Shown: positions 20,562 to 30,269 of the stretch, piece by piece
Numbering within the stretch: the first letter of the stretch is position 1
How the letters are laid out: each line of letters starts with the position of its first letter
Assembly (NCBI GenBank): GCA_963664405.1
Contig: OY761158.1
Location: 2,624,001-2,688,000, forward strand
Reading direction: 5' to 3'
Length of the DNA: 64,000 nucleotides
DNA from: Thermoanaerobaculia bacterium
Lineage (GTDB): Bacteria > Acidobacteriota > Thermoanaerobaculia > Multivoradales > Multivoraceae
Notes under the pieces: model-generated
What the model was told of the DNA's origin: nothing
The model's database searches: none
What the model saw: the letters and a program-made list of their open reading frames with translations, nothing else
Translations under genes and position numbers: made by a program

Positions 20562-22198
20562 GCCGTCGGGGCCTGACGCGCAGTCCATACTTGTTCTTTC
20601 GCTGATCACGCTGAACGAGGGCTGACACGCAGCGATGGGATGAACGGCACGCTATCTGATGGGCGATCGAGGCGGTTCGCCGAGCTTCCATCGCGCTTGG
20701 GCCCCTGGTTGCGCCCTCAGATACCTTGAACGGAACACCCATTCCCACCAGACAACGTGATCGGGTTTCCTCGAATCGCCATCAAATACTGTGAACAAGA
20801 CCGTCTGAGGCAAGTGGCAGCGAAACGCAGCTTCGGCTAAGTCCTTCAAAAGGCTACGCGACCATCACTTATCGTGATCGGACCGCCATCGATTATCGTG
20901 CTCACTCTCACGGGGATCCTTTTTCGAGGGCCTCGTCGATCGCCACTGCAAGCTCCCTGGGTCCACTCTCGGCAAGGAGCTCGAGGAGTCTGGCGACGGC
21001 ACTCGAGAGTCGTCTCTGCCGTCGGGCCAGCTCCCGCAGGAGCTCTTCGGCCTGGGGCACCGTACGCAGCAGGTAGTCCTGGCCGCGCTGTGTACGTGCC
21101 TCGCGTTTCTGTCGTTCCAGCTCTTCTAGGTGACGGGGGTCTTCGATGATCTGGCCCTTGTCCCAGGACCTTGTGTGCTCGGCGATGAGCTGCTCGCGAT
21201 CGAAGATGCGCACACGCTCCGGGTCTGCGGCGATCTGTAGCGAGCGGGCGATGCGATCATGCGGGATCGAGTAGCGATTCGCATCGAAGCTCAGGTAAGG
21301 AGTGCGCCGCGTGATCCGCTCGACCCATTCGTGGCAGGGGAAAGGCTGCGCCGGAAGGCTCACGAGATGAGAGCGCTCCTCGAGATAGGCCTGCTCGACG
21401 GTGCGACGCCGGTCCTGGGGCCACGGGCGCTTCATCGCTCGGTCGCGACACCACTCCAGAGCGTCCCGGTTCAGCGCTTCTCTGTCCCAGGTGCGACGCA
21501 GCGGAAAGAAGGAAGTTCTGACAAAACGAATGGCTCGTTCGACGCGACCTTTTTCATTTCCTCGTCTGGGAGCAACGGGCCTTGGATCAAAGCCGTAGAA
21601 GTCGGCGAGCTCGAGAAGCCGTGGATGAAAGCGAATGGCGCTGCGGCGCCGCTCGAGCACAGCGCTGCGCAGATTGTCGTAGAGGTGGATCTTGGCCAGA
21701 CCCTCAAAGAAGGAGAAGGCGAGGACATGCCCGGTCAGGAAGCTCGGCAGACGAGCGTCGTAGAAGAAGTGCAGAAAGAGAGCTCGCGAGTAGCTCAGCA
21801 CCATGACGAAGGCGTAGAGACGGCGCTCTCCGCCATCGACCTTTCGGGTGCCGAAGTGAGCCCAGTCCACCTGGGCCTGTTCGCCGGCAAGCGTACGGAG
21901 CACAAAGAAAGCCTCAGGCGCCTTGCGGGGGCGCAGGCCGAGCTCGGCAATGCAGTGGCGGAAGTGATCCTCCCCACCGGGATAGTCACGCTTCTTGACC
22001 ATCTCGTAGAGCACGCTCGCCGGCAGCTCCGGGTAGCGCTCAAAGACTTCCTGGATGAAGGGGACGAAGCGATCGACCATGGACGCTCGTCGCGGCGATC
22101 GAGGCCGGCTCAGCCCTTCGCGTCGAAGGACTCGAGTGACCGTCGAGTGATGGATTCCCAGATGGCGGGCGATCGTGTTGCGCCGCCAGCCCTCCGAC

Positions 22199-22690
22199 TC
22201 ATAGAGACGGCGGATCTCGGCGGCGAGCTCGGGAGAGATCATCCCGCGCCCGCCTGCGCACCGGGCGTACTCGGCGCGATCGCAAGAAGTCGTGGCGGAC
22301 AATCGGCTCGCAAGGATGGCGGCACAGCCTGCAGAGAAGCTCCTCGTTCCGACCTCCAACGGACAAGCCTTGCAAAAACAACGGAAGCGGCGCGGTGGGC
22401 CATGACGCCACCGTCGCAGGGCAGCCCCCGGTGCGGCAACTGTGATGCGTCACTTTCTTTGAGCCTTGCTGCTTGCAATCTCGATAGGCCTGCTGACGAC
22501 GAGCATGCAAGCGGCGCCCTCGCGGCGTCTGCTGATAGCGACGCCCGGCCCCGCGAAGGCTGTGGCGCCGAGCCTCATCCCGGCACTCCGGCGTGCAATA
22601 ACGATGGCCGCGATCGCACCAAGAGCAAATGTAGACAGCTTGCCGGCAACGATCGCAAACGAAACGGCGACAATCGGGACGGCGGCGCAC
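22199..22690 (-). CDS. IS21-A upstream Cys-rich (zinc-finger-like) accessory protein
   Basis: GGAGG RBS plus GTG; CxxC-x6-CxxCDRGxRYC, RYQ..RGR..HA.RQ..YR, KVTH, distal CxxC; homologous to 23126-23521. Confidence 0.75.
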   Translation of the reverse strand: MRRRPDCRRFVCDRCRQAVYICSWCDRGHRYCTPECRDEARRHSLRGAGRRYQQTPRGRRLHARRQQAYRDCKQQGSKKVTHHSCRTGGCPATVASWPTAPLPLFLQGLSVGGRNEELLCRLCRHPCEPIVRHDFLRSRRVRPVRRRARDDLSRARRRDPPSL

Positions 22691-23125
22691 GGCCCAGGCC
22701 TCCTTCGGCCTGGACTTCGCCACCCGCAGGCGGAATACTCCCTCTTCTGGGGCGTCATACCCCAGGTGTTGATGGCTGCGAGAAAGCGCATCCCGTTGGC
22801 TGCGAGCGCAGTTTCCGGGATGGAGTGAGCTGAGGGCTTCGCGACCGCGGGAAAGCTAGGCCTTCTTCAGGAAGGGCGGCATCATCCCGCCGGAACGGCG
22901 GTCCGGGTGCGTGGTCCCGGCGGCGTGTTTGCGGTCGGAAGAGATGCGTGAGTCGGTGTAGGGCTTTGCAGTGCGGGCTCTGCTCTGATAGAGCAGGCCG
23001 ACCAGAGACGGCGAGAGCCCGGGAAAGCGAAGTAGAAAACGCCCCGGGCTCTGCCCCAAACCGCAGCATTAGCTGCGCTTGCAGTATGGCAGAGAGTCGG
23101 GGTCGTCGTCGAATGGGAGGCGACG

Positions 23126-23521
23126 ATGCGACCGGACTACCGACTCTTCGACTGTGCTCGATGCCGTCGGCGTATCTCGCTGTGCTCGCACTGTGACCGT
23201 GGCCAGCGTTACTGCCGGGCTTGTGCTCTGGTGGCTCGTCGGGAATCGACTCGGGCGGCCGGCCATCGGTACCAGCGAAGCCTCCGAGGTCGGCATTGTC
23301 ATGCCGCCCGTCAGGCCCGCTACCGTCGGCGCCAGCGCGAGCGGGCAGAGAAAGTGACGCATCAGGGTACCCCAGGCGGTACTTCGGGGAGGACACTGTG
23401 TCGGATCGAGACTCCGAGGCGCGAAGTGCGCTACGACCCGAGGAATCCGCGATGCATGCAGTGTGGAGAGGCCTGCCGAGAGTTTGTGCGAACGAGCTTT
23501 CGTCGTTGCCGACGGAGATAG
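23126..23521 (+). CDS. IS21-B upstream Cys-rich accessory protein
   Basis: GGAGG RBS; CARC..CSHCDRGQRYCRAC..KVTHQG..CMQCGEAC. Confidence 0.78.
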   Translation: MRPDYRLFDCARCRRRISLCSHCDRGQRYCRACALVARRESTRAAGHRYQRSLRGRHCHAARQARYRRRQRERAEKVTHQGTPGGTSGRTLCRIETPRREVRYDPRNPRCMQCGEACREFVRTSFRRCRRR

Positions 23522-23525
23522 GGGC

Positions 23526-25036
23526 GTGATCGACGCACAGCTGCGCGGGGAGATCCGTCGTCTGTTCCTGGTCGAGAAGTGGAAAGTCGGCACGATCGCT
23601 CGACAGCTACAGCTGCACCCCTCAACCGTGCGCCGGGCGCTGGAGAAGTCCGGCGTGCTACCCCAGCAGCGACGAGGGAGGATGATCGATCCTTACCTGC
23701 CGTTCATCGAGCAGGTGCTCGGGACCTACCCACGACTGCCGGCGAGCCGTCTCTACACCATGGTGGTGGAGCGCGGCTATCCAGGAGGCCCGGATCAGTT
23801 TCGCCACCTGGTGGCCTCGATGCGACCGAAGCCCCAGCGCGAGGCGTTTCTCTCGCTGCGCATGCTGCCAGGAGAGCAGGCGCAGGTCGACTGGGGCCAC
23901 TTCGGTCGGCTCCGCGTCGGCCGGGCACATCGTCGGCTCTATGCCTTCGTCTTCGTGCTGTCGTTCTCGCGCACGGTCTTCGTGCACTTCACCCTCGACA
24001 CTCGTCTCGAAACCTTCTTGCACGCTCACCAGCTGGCCTTCCACCTACGTCGACGGCGTCGTCAGGACCGTTCTGTACGACAACCTGCGAACCGCGGTGA
24101 TCGAGCGGCAGGGAACCGCGGTGCGCTTCCATCCCGTGCTGCTCGATTTCGCCAGCCACTACGGCTTCCTTCCCACCGTCGCCGCGGTGGCTCGGGGAAA
24201 TGAAGAAAGGCCGCGTCGAGCGCGCAATCCGCTTCCTGCGAAGCTCGTTCTTCGGCGCCCGAACGGTGAGCGATTTGGATCGTCTGAATCGGCAGGTCCT
24301 GGAATGGTGCCAGAGGTCGCAGCGCAGACCCTGGCCGCAGGACCGACAGCGAACCGTGAAAAGCGCCCTGGCCCAGGAACGACCTCGACTGCTTGAGCTT
24401 CCCGGAGACGACTTCGAAACCGACCTGCGACTGGAGATCAAGGTCAGAAAGACGCCGATCGTGCGCTTCGACCTCAACGACTACTCGGTGCCGCACAGTC
24501 ATGTGCAGAGGACCGTCACGCTCCTCGCCAGCGAGCATCGGGTGCGGATCCTCGATGGCCAGGAGCTCCTCGCCGAGCACCCTCGCTCGTACTCCCGGGG
24601 CGAGCAGATCCTCGATCCTCAACACCTCGAGGAGCTCCTCGCTCACAAACGCAGGGCCCGACGACACCGGGGCTTCCATCGGCTGTTTTCCGCTGTGCCT
24701 CGATGCGAAGAGCTGATGCAGCAGCTCGCCGAGCGAGGCGAGAACCTCGGAACGCAGACCGCCGGCCTGCTCCGACTCCTGCGCCAGTACGGCCCCCAGC
24801 GACTCGACAAAGCCGTGCGCGAAGCGCTCCTGAACCACGCACCGCGATTCCAGTCCGTCCGGCTCCTACTCGAACGGCACCAGCGCGGCCTCGGTCAGCC
24901 CCCGGCTTTACCGGTGCCGCTCAGCCAGGAGCTCCAACAGCGAGATCTCTCCGTGAGACCGCACAACCTCGAGGACTACGACCAACTTGGAGGCAACGAC
25001 GATGGCCCGACCCAGGAAGAGTCCAACGATCCCTGA
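23526..25036 (+). CDS. istA: IS21-B IstA transposase (two frameshifts near 24045 and 24203; possible pseudogene or read errors)
   Basis: GEQAQVDW; YDNLRT and KGRVER lie in shifted frames. Confidence 0.88.
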
Positions 25037-25796
25037 CGAACCACTACGAGAGCTCGCCCGATCCCTCGGCTTCTACGCCCTCGTCGACGACTGGGGCACC
25101 TACCGAGAACAGCCCTGGCTCGAACAGCTGCTGCGCAAAGAAGAGGCCGAGCGCAAACGGCGCAGCCTCGAACGGCGCATCCGCACCAGCCGCGTCGGGC
25201 TCTTCAAGAGCATCGCCGACTTCGACTTCTCCTGGCCCCAGCGCATCGACCGCGAGCAGATCCAGGATCTGCTCACCCTCCAATTCCTCGACGACATCAC
25301 CAACGTCATCCTCCTCGGACCCAACGGTGTCGGCAAGACCATGATTGCCAAGAACCTCCTCTACCAGGCGCTGCAACGAGGGGCCACCGCCAGCTTCGTC
25401 ACCGCCTCCGACATGCTCAACGATCTCGCCGTCCAGGAAACCCCCTCGGCGCTCCAGAGAAGGCTCTCCAAATACACCCGACCCTCGCTTTTGGCAATCG
25501 ATGAGCTCGGCTATCTCTCCTACGACCACCGCCACGCGGATCTCCTCTTCGAGGTCGTCTCCAGGAGATACGGCAACAAGCCCATTCTTCTCACCACCAA
25601 CAAGCCCTTCGCCGAATGGGCCGAGGTCTTTCCCAACGCCTCCTGCGTCGTCACTCTCGTCGATCGACTCACCCACCACGCCGAGATCGTCAAGATCGAG
25701 GCTAACTCCTATCGCCGCAAGGAGGCCAAGGAGGCTGCTGAAAAAAAGGCCAAGGACCGCGCCAAAAGGCGGAGCGCAGCACGACGACGCTCATGA
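25002..25796 (+). CDS. istB: IS21-B IstB ATPase
   Basis: GPNGVGKT, LAIDELGY, LTTN, VDRLTH, SYR. Confidence 0.93.
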   Translation: MARPRKSPTIPDEPLRELARSLGFYALVDDWGTYREQPWLEQLLRKEEAERKRRSLERRIRTSRVGLFKSIADFDFSWPQRIDREQIQDLLTLQFLDDITNVILLGPNGVGKTMIAKNLLYQALQRGATASFVTASDMLNDLAVQETPSALQRRLSKYTRPSLLAIDELGYLSYDHRHADLLFEVVSRRYGNKPILLTTNKPFAEWAEVFPNASCVVTLVDRLTHHAEIVKIEANSYRRKEAKEAAEKKAKDRAKRRSAARRRS

Positions 25797-26149
25797 CCCG
25801 AAGCCACTATCGGCGCCAGCTCCTCCGCCTCTATCGACTCCTTCCCGACACCCCGCACCGCTTCCACCACGGCGACCGCGTCATCGTCGACCAGCTCTTC
25901 GACCAAGACCTGCCTCTCACCGTCCTCCAGGCCGCCCTCCTCCTCGGCTCCGCCCGACGCGCATGCCGAGATCCGCGCCTACCAAAGCTCCAGCCCATCC
26001 GATCCCTCGCCTACTTTCTCCCCATCCTCCGAGAACTCCCCACGACGCCACCCCCCGAGGGGTACCTCGACTATCTGCGCCACACCCTGAGTCACGCCTC
26101 GCGGGGACAAAAAACCGACTCGCAGCCAACTAAGTGCGCTTTCTCGTAG
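25793..26149 (+). CDS. IS21-B downstream accessory protein, function unknown
   Basis: ATGA overlap with istB; homologous to 17769-18122; its stop lies inside the right IR. Confidence 0.78.
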   Translation: MTRSHYRRQLLRLYRLLPDTPHRFHHGDRVIVDQLFDQDLPLTVLQAALLLGSARRACRDPRLPKLQPIRSLAYFLPILRELPTTPPPEGYLDYLRHTLSHASRGQKTDSQPTKCAFS

Positions 26150-26604
26150 CCGGTAACACCAGGCCTTCCGGCGGTGGGCGGTCACCTTGCTTGGAGTCGC
26201 CCCCGCCGGTCTCCCCATACTCCCACCTGCCACGCTGCTCGCGCGCTCGCGCGCGACGATGATGCTGAAGAGACTCTCAGCAGGAAACGCGGTCAGAAAG
26301 CCGGGATCGCGCGCTTCTTAAGCGCCGTTGACAGGCGTGTAACAGTCTGAAGGGGGATCGGGACCAGGCGTATCTAAGGGCTAGAATGGGCGGTAGGATT
26401 TAATGTGGCTATCAAGTATTATTTGGGGATTATATACGAGAGTGCCGAAGGTTTGGGAGGTGAAGTGTGAGTGATTCAGGGCATCCCGACTACGTTGCAG
26501 AGGCTCTGGGGGCCTTCATGCGTGAACAGCCGCGGTGGACGTACTGGCCGCGTGAGCGGTTGACCGTCCGATGGGCCGCCCGGTAGCTCACCATGAGGTC
26601 GAGC

Positions 26605-27258
26605 CTAGACGGAACCTTGTGAGTCGTGGTCGTGCGCACACCGTGCCACGAACAGCCCCTCAATCGAAGCTCGACGAAACCTGCTCAACAAGACCAACTT
26701 CGCGGCTGCAAAGTGGGCTCCGGTGGTGAGCACGTCGTCGACGATGACAATCACAGTCGGTTCTGGCGTTGAGCGTGTTTCCTCAATGCGGTAGCGTTGT
26801 GCGATCTCCCGTGGCCGGGGCCGCATGCCAGTCGGCTTTTCGTGGGCAGGGACGGTGCTCTCGTCCTGAACGAGAAGTTCGCTCACGTTCCACGCCTGAT
26901 CATCAGGCCGAGCAACGCGAAGCATTCGCGTTAGTCGGTCGTCATAGAGAGGGTCGCCGGGTGCCTTCGACGGCGGCATCGGTACGAACGCATGGCCCTC
27001 TGGGGGAACTGGAACTACGGCACGCCGGAACGCCGTGGCGATCGTGTCAATCGCATCCTCCTTGTATTTCCACTCAGGTCTCCCTTGCCGGCTCATCGAC
27101 TTCTTGAAGTTCGAGATCAGGCTGTTGGTCGAGCTGTAGGCAAAGCCTCGTCCAGCGACGTACTCGCCGAGGAAGTAACAGCGGTCCTCGCTGATGAGCC
27201 AGCGGTGGTCGGCCCGCGTCAGCTCGTCGACTAGTGTGAAGCGATCAGGCAAACTCAC
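26605..27258 (-). CDS. Phosphoribosyltransferase-fold (ComF-like) protein
   Basis: VPMPPSK and the PRPP-binding motif IVIVDDVLTTGAH; overlaps the dprA-like gene. Confidence 0.85.
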   Translation of the reverse strand: MSLPDRFTLVDELTRADHRWLISEDRCYFLGEYVAGRGFAYSSTNSLISNFKKSMSRQGRPEWKYKEDAIDTIATAFRRAVVPVPPEGHAFVPMPPSKAPGDPLYDDRLTRMLRVARPDDQAWNVSELLVQDESTVPAHEKPTGMRPRPREIAQRYRIEETRSTPEPTVIVIVDDVLTTGAHFAAAKLVLLSRFRRASIEGLFVARCAHDHDSQGSV

Positions 27259-28213
27259 GTCGGATGTCGGCGTAGTCCTGGACCCTAACCGCTCCCTTTT
27301 CCGCTAGGCGTGCAGGCCACGTCAACTGCGGGTTCCGAAAGCAACTGTCGAGGACAAACAGCTTCCGTCCCTGGTGCAAGGCTGCGCGTGCCTGAGTCAG
27401 CGTGCCCGAGGTCTCGCCCGCTTCAACGATGATAGACGCCTCCGAAAGCGCTGACATCACTACGTTGCGCTCCGGAAAGAACAGGCGGTTGCGGCGATAG
27501 TCTTGCGACTCGTACCGCTCGAGGGGAACCGGACTCACGACCAGAAAACGCTCGGCAATACGACGCTGCAGGTCTGCGTGAGCCCTCGGATAGACGTGCG
27601 AAAGTGGTGTGCCGATGACCGCGATTGTTCGCCCGCCGCACTTGATGGCCGTCTCGTGGGCGACCCGATCAATGCCGGCCGCCAACCCCGAGATGATGGT
27701 GAAGTCGTCGGCGACGAGGTCGCGGACCAGATTCCGGGTGCATGCACACCCATTCTTCGACGGCTTCCGGGTTCCGACCACCGCGACCGACCGCGACGCT
27801 ACTAGGTCCCAACATCCTTGGTAGTAGAGAAGCTCAACCGGATGGGCCGCATCCCGCAGTTTCGTCGGGTACTCGCTGGCACCGTTCACGCTTACGCCAA
27901 ACCGCGGAATCTCGGCTTTGGCGAATCGCTCCTTGACGGCGGCAGCGTGGCTAAGAGCGTCCTCCTCTGACACGAAGTGCGACGGCACACGCTGGGGATG
28001 CTCGGCAAACCGCTTCGCGAGTGACCTGAAGGTGGTGCGCGGATCGGACCACAGGACTTCATACGCTCCCATCTCTCGGAACGGGGAAATTGCCCGCTCC
28101 TCAAACGAGGATTCAACGGGAAGAGGTAGCGTTCCGCTGGCGTCTTTGCCGACGACTGACATTCCCACCGCGGAGACTCTAGCAGATGCGGCCACTAGCG
28201 AACCTGCTCTCAT
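27245..28213 (-). CDS. DprA/Smf-like protein (alternative start 28162)
   Basis: VAVVGTR, IISGLAAGID, FPERNVVMSALS, VEAGETSGT; no C-terminal winged helix. Confidence 0.9.
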   Translation of the reverse strand: MRAGSLVAASARVSAVGMSVVGKDASGTLPLPVESSFEERAISPFREMGAYEVLWSDPRTTFRSLAKRFAEHPQRVPSHFVSEEDALSHAAAVKERFAKAEIPRFGVSVNGASEYPTKLRDAAHPVELLYYQGCWDLVASRSVAVVGTRKPSKNGCACTRNLVRDLVADDFTIISGLAAGIDRVAHETAIKCGGRTIAVIGTPLSHVYPRAHADLQRRIAERFLVVSPVPLERYESQDYRRNRLFFPERNVVMSALSEASIIVEAGETSGTLTQARAALHQGRKLFVLDSCFRNPQLTWPARLAEKGAVRVQDYADIRREFA

Positions 28214-28397
28214 TACGCTTCATTACCGCCCATACTGCCAGCTTTCCATCGGACTGGCAACCTAGGCGGGCAGCCCCAAGGGCGGCTGTGTGGCGTCCCG
28301 GCGAGTATCTCCGCGCTGGCGGCGAGCGGTCGGGCATGAAGCCGCCGCGCTTCGTCTACCAGTAGGCAGCTCCCCACGTCTCCTGCCTCTTGACTTC

Positions 28398-28745
28398 TAG
28401 CGCCAAGACTGGCACCGTCATGGAGGGATCGAAGATCGGATTCCAGAAGTGGATGATCGCCGCCTTCCTGCTGACGACCAGCCTCAAGAGCGTGTCGAGC
28501 ATGAAGCTGCACCGCGACTTGGGCGTAACGCAGAAGACCGCGTGGTTCATGGCGCAGCGGCTTCGCGCTGCGTTTGAAGCGGGCGGGCCAACCGTGCGTT
28601 TCGAGGGTCCAGTCGAAGTGGACGAGACGTTCGTGGGCGGCAAGCGGAAGAACATGCACGCCAAGAAGCGCAAGAAGCTGGAAGGACGCGGCACCGTGGG
28701 GAAGACGGCCGTGGTCGGCATCAAGGATCGGGAGACGAAGCAAGC
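28398..28745 (+). pseudogene. IS1595-family transposase internal fragment
   Basis: KTGTVMEGSK..SSMKLHRDLGVTQKTAWF..VEVDETFVGG..KTAVVGIKDR; truncated at both ends. Confidence 0.88.
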
Positions 28746-28991
28746 AGGCTTTCCCGGGCAGTCAGGAGCAGCCTCAAGAGCCGTCTGCTCACCTCCTGCT
28801 CACCAACTCAGCCAAACTGCCCGGGATTCAAGGGGTCGAGGGTTGTCCCAACACAAGAGAGGGACCACCGGGTTCAGGGAGCCCGAAATCACCGCTCAAG
28901 TCCTACCTATCGCCTACCCCGGCCCCGAGCGTCGATCTACGCCTCACTCATGAAGAAAGAGTAAGTCGTGCGTAGAGAACAAGTTAGATGC

Positions 28992-29068
28992 TGGTATCCC
29001 CAACGGGATTTGAACCCGTGTTGCCAGCTTGAAAGGCTGGAGTCCTGACCAGGCTAGACGATGGGGAC
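28992..29068 (-). tRNA. tRNA-Glu (TTC)
   Basis: GTCCCCATCGTCTAG...CTTTCAA...GGTTCAAATCCCGTTGGGGATACCA cloverleaf with CCA end. Confidence 0.97.
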
Positions 29069-29135
29069 ACGAGGCACGAGAGACCCTAGAAGGGCTCGCT
29101 GTCGAGTGCCGAATTTTAGCACAAGGCGCAGCGCT

Positions 29136-29963
29136 TCAGACCTCTGGGGGCGTCGCTCCTTGCGCGTCCGGCCTCAGTTCCAACTCTAGGCTTGTCGTCG
29201 AAAACTGGACCTCGCCGAAGCCGAAAGTGCCGAGGAAGGTCCCTTCGTAGAGGGCTCCCGCGCCCGGCATGATAGCGGTGGTCGAAAGCTCGGCGTCGCT
29301 ACGAGCGAGTAAGCCACCATCGCTGTCCAGAAGGCTGACAGTCACGACAACGACGCTCGCGACCATCGGGCTACTATTTCGCAAGGAGCCCCGAATGGTG
29401 ACCTCTCCGTCTCCTGACGAATCCTCAATCCAACTGACGACTTCTACCGGTGAGGTGCCAGGCAACTGCAGAGCCGGTCGGATCTCCAAACGGTCAGATG
29501 ACGGGACCAACGACGCCGCCTGGACCGCGCCGGAATCGCTAGGGCTCTCGTCGCCCGTAACGTCATCCTCCGAAGCCACTACCGCAACCGCTTCGAACTC
29601 CGGCAGGTCCCCATCGGTGAGTACCAGGACCGGGGCACGCTCCTCGGCCTCCGCAGGCTTCGCCTCCGGCTTGCTCTTCTTCTCGCTCAGTTTGCGACTC
29701 GCATCGATGTCCACGGAAGCCACTCTGACCGATGAAAGCGAACCCCGAGGCGTCGTGAAAATGACCCGGCCGCCCTGAACCGTCCAGGAACCCTTGGTCT
29801 CTACTTCGTCGCCAGAGTCCAGAACGAGCCAGTCGGCAGCGGCAGGAAGAGCGCCCATCACCAGCAGCGCCACCGCTAGCAGCAAGACAAGGGGACTGGC
29901 TCCAGCGACGGGGGTCCGAAGACCCGGATTCGTCGACGGCGTGTTGGGAGAGTTTCTCGTCAC
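29136..29963 (-). CDS. Secreted hypothetical protein with a C-terminal Ig-like (FxLYD-like) domain
   Basis: Signal peptide ending AAA-DW; VTIRGSLRN...VTVSLLDSDG. Confidence 0.6.
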   Translation of the reverse strand: MTRNSPNTPSTNPGLRTPVAGASPLVLLLAVALLVMGALPAAADWLVLDSGDEVETKGSWTVQGGRVIFTTPRGSLSSVRVASVDIDASRKLSEKKSKPEAKPAEAEERAPVLVLTDGDLPEFEAVAVVASEDDVTGDESPSDSGAVQAASLVPSSDRLEIRPALQLPGTSPVEVVSWIEDSSGDGEVTIRGSLRNSSPMVASVVVVTVSLLDSDGGLLARSDAELSTTAIMPGAGALYEGTFLGTFGFGEVQFSTTSLELELRPDAQGATPPEV

Positions 29964-30269
29964 GACAGCCTCCTCTCGAAGGAGTTCGGAAATGCCTGAG
30001 TGATTATAGGCTCTTCGACCGATCAGCGACGATCCGAAAGCCGCCCCCCCTATAGCCTCGGCCCTGGATCGCCGCTGGGCTCTAGGCCCGCAAGACCGAT
30101 GCCAGAGCTGCGGGCGCGAGAAAACGCTCAGATCAATCGCCTTACTCGCAACCAGCGCGGACGCTCTCGGGCAGGGCTGTTACCGAACTACACATATACG
30201 CCGCGAGTGATATTCCGAAGTGGAGAACCGAGCACGGAATCGTCGCTTTCAATCTTCCGCCCCAAACCG

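Larger units (their letters stand above)
19062..20910. mobile_element. Non-autonomous TG..CA element (MITE-like, about 477 bp net) carrying IS256
   Basis: Perfect 25-bp IR TGAGAGTGAGCACGATAATCGATGG; 5-bp TSD CGGGG (19057-19061 and 20911-20915); internal repeats of the IR core. Confidence 0.88.
18889..22242 (-). pseudogene. istA: IS21-A IstA transposase, interrupted near its C-terminus by the 19062-20910 element
   Basis: GEQAQVDW, YDNLRS, EKGRVER; removing the insertion restores EKGSP|HPEAVRLILD. Confidence 0.9.
22767..26158 (+). mobile_element. IS21-family element B (four genes) inserted in the non-coding end of element A
   Basis: IRs match at 30/38 (TGTTGATGGCTGCGAGAAAGCGCA... vs TGTTACCGGCTACGAGAAAGCGCA...); 5-bp TSD CCAGG (22762-22766 and 26159-26163). 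Confidence 0.92.
17757..26333 (-). mobile_element. IS21-family element A (four genes; hosts two nested insertions)
   Basis: Terminal TG..CA IRs 17757-17790 and 26300-26333 match at 25/34; istA, istB and two accessory ORFs; no target duplication visible. Confidence 0.85.

Noticed and set aside
22199-23521. IS21 A and B as a back-to-back composite transposon
   Set aside because: The IR pairs and the CCAGG duplication show that B is nested inside the end of A.
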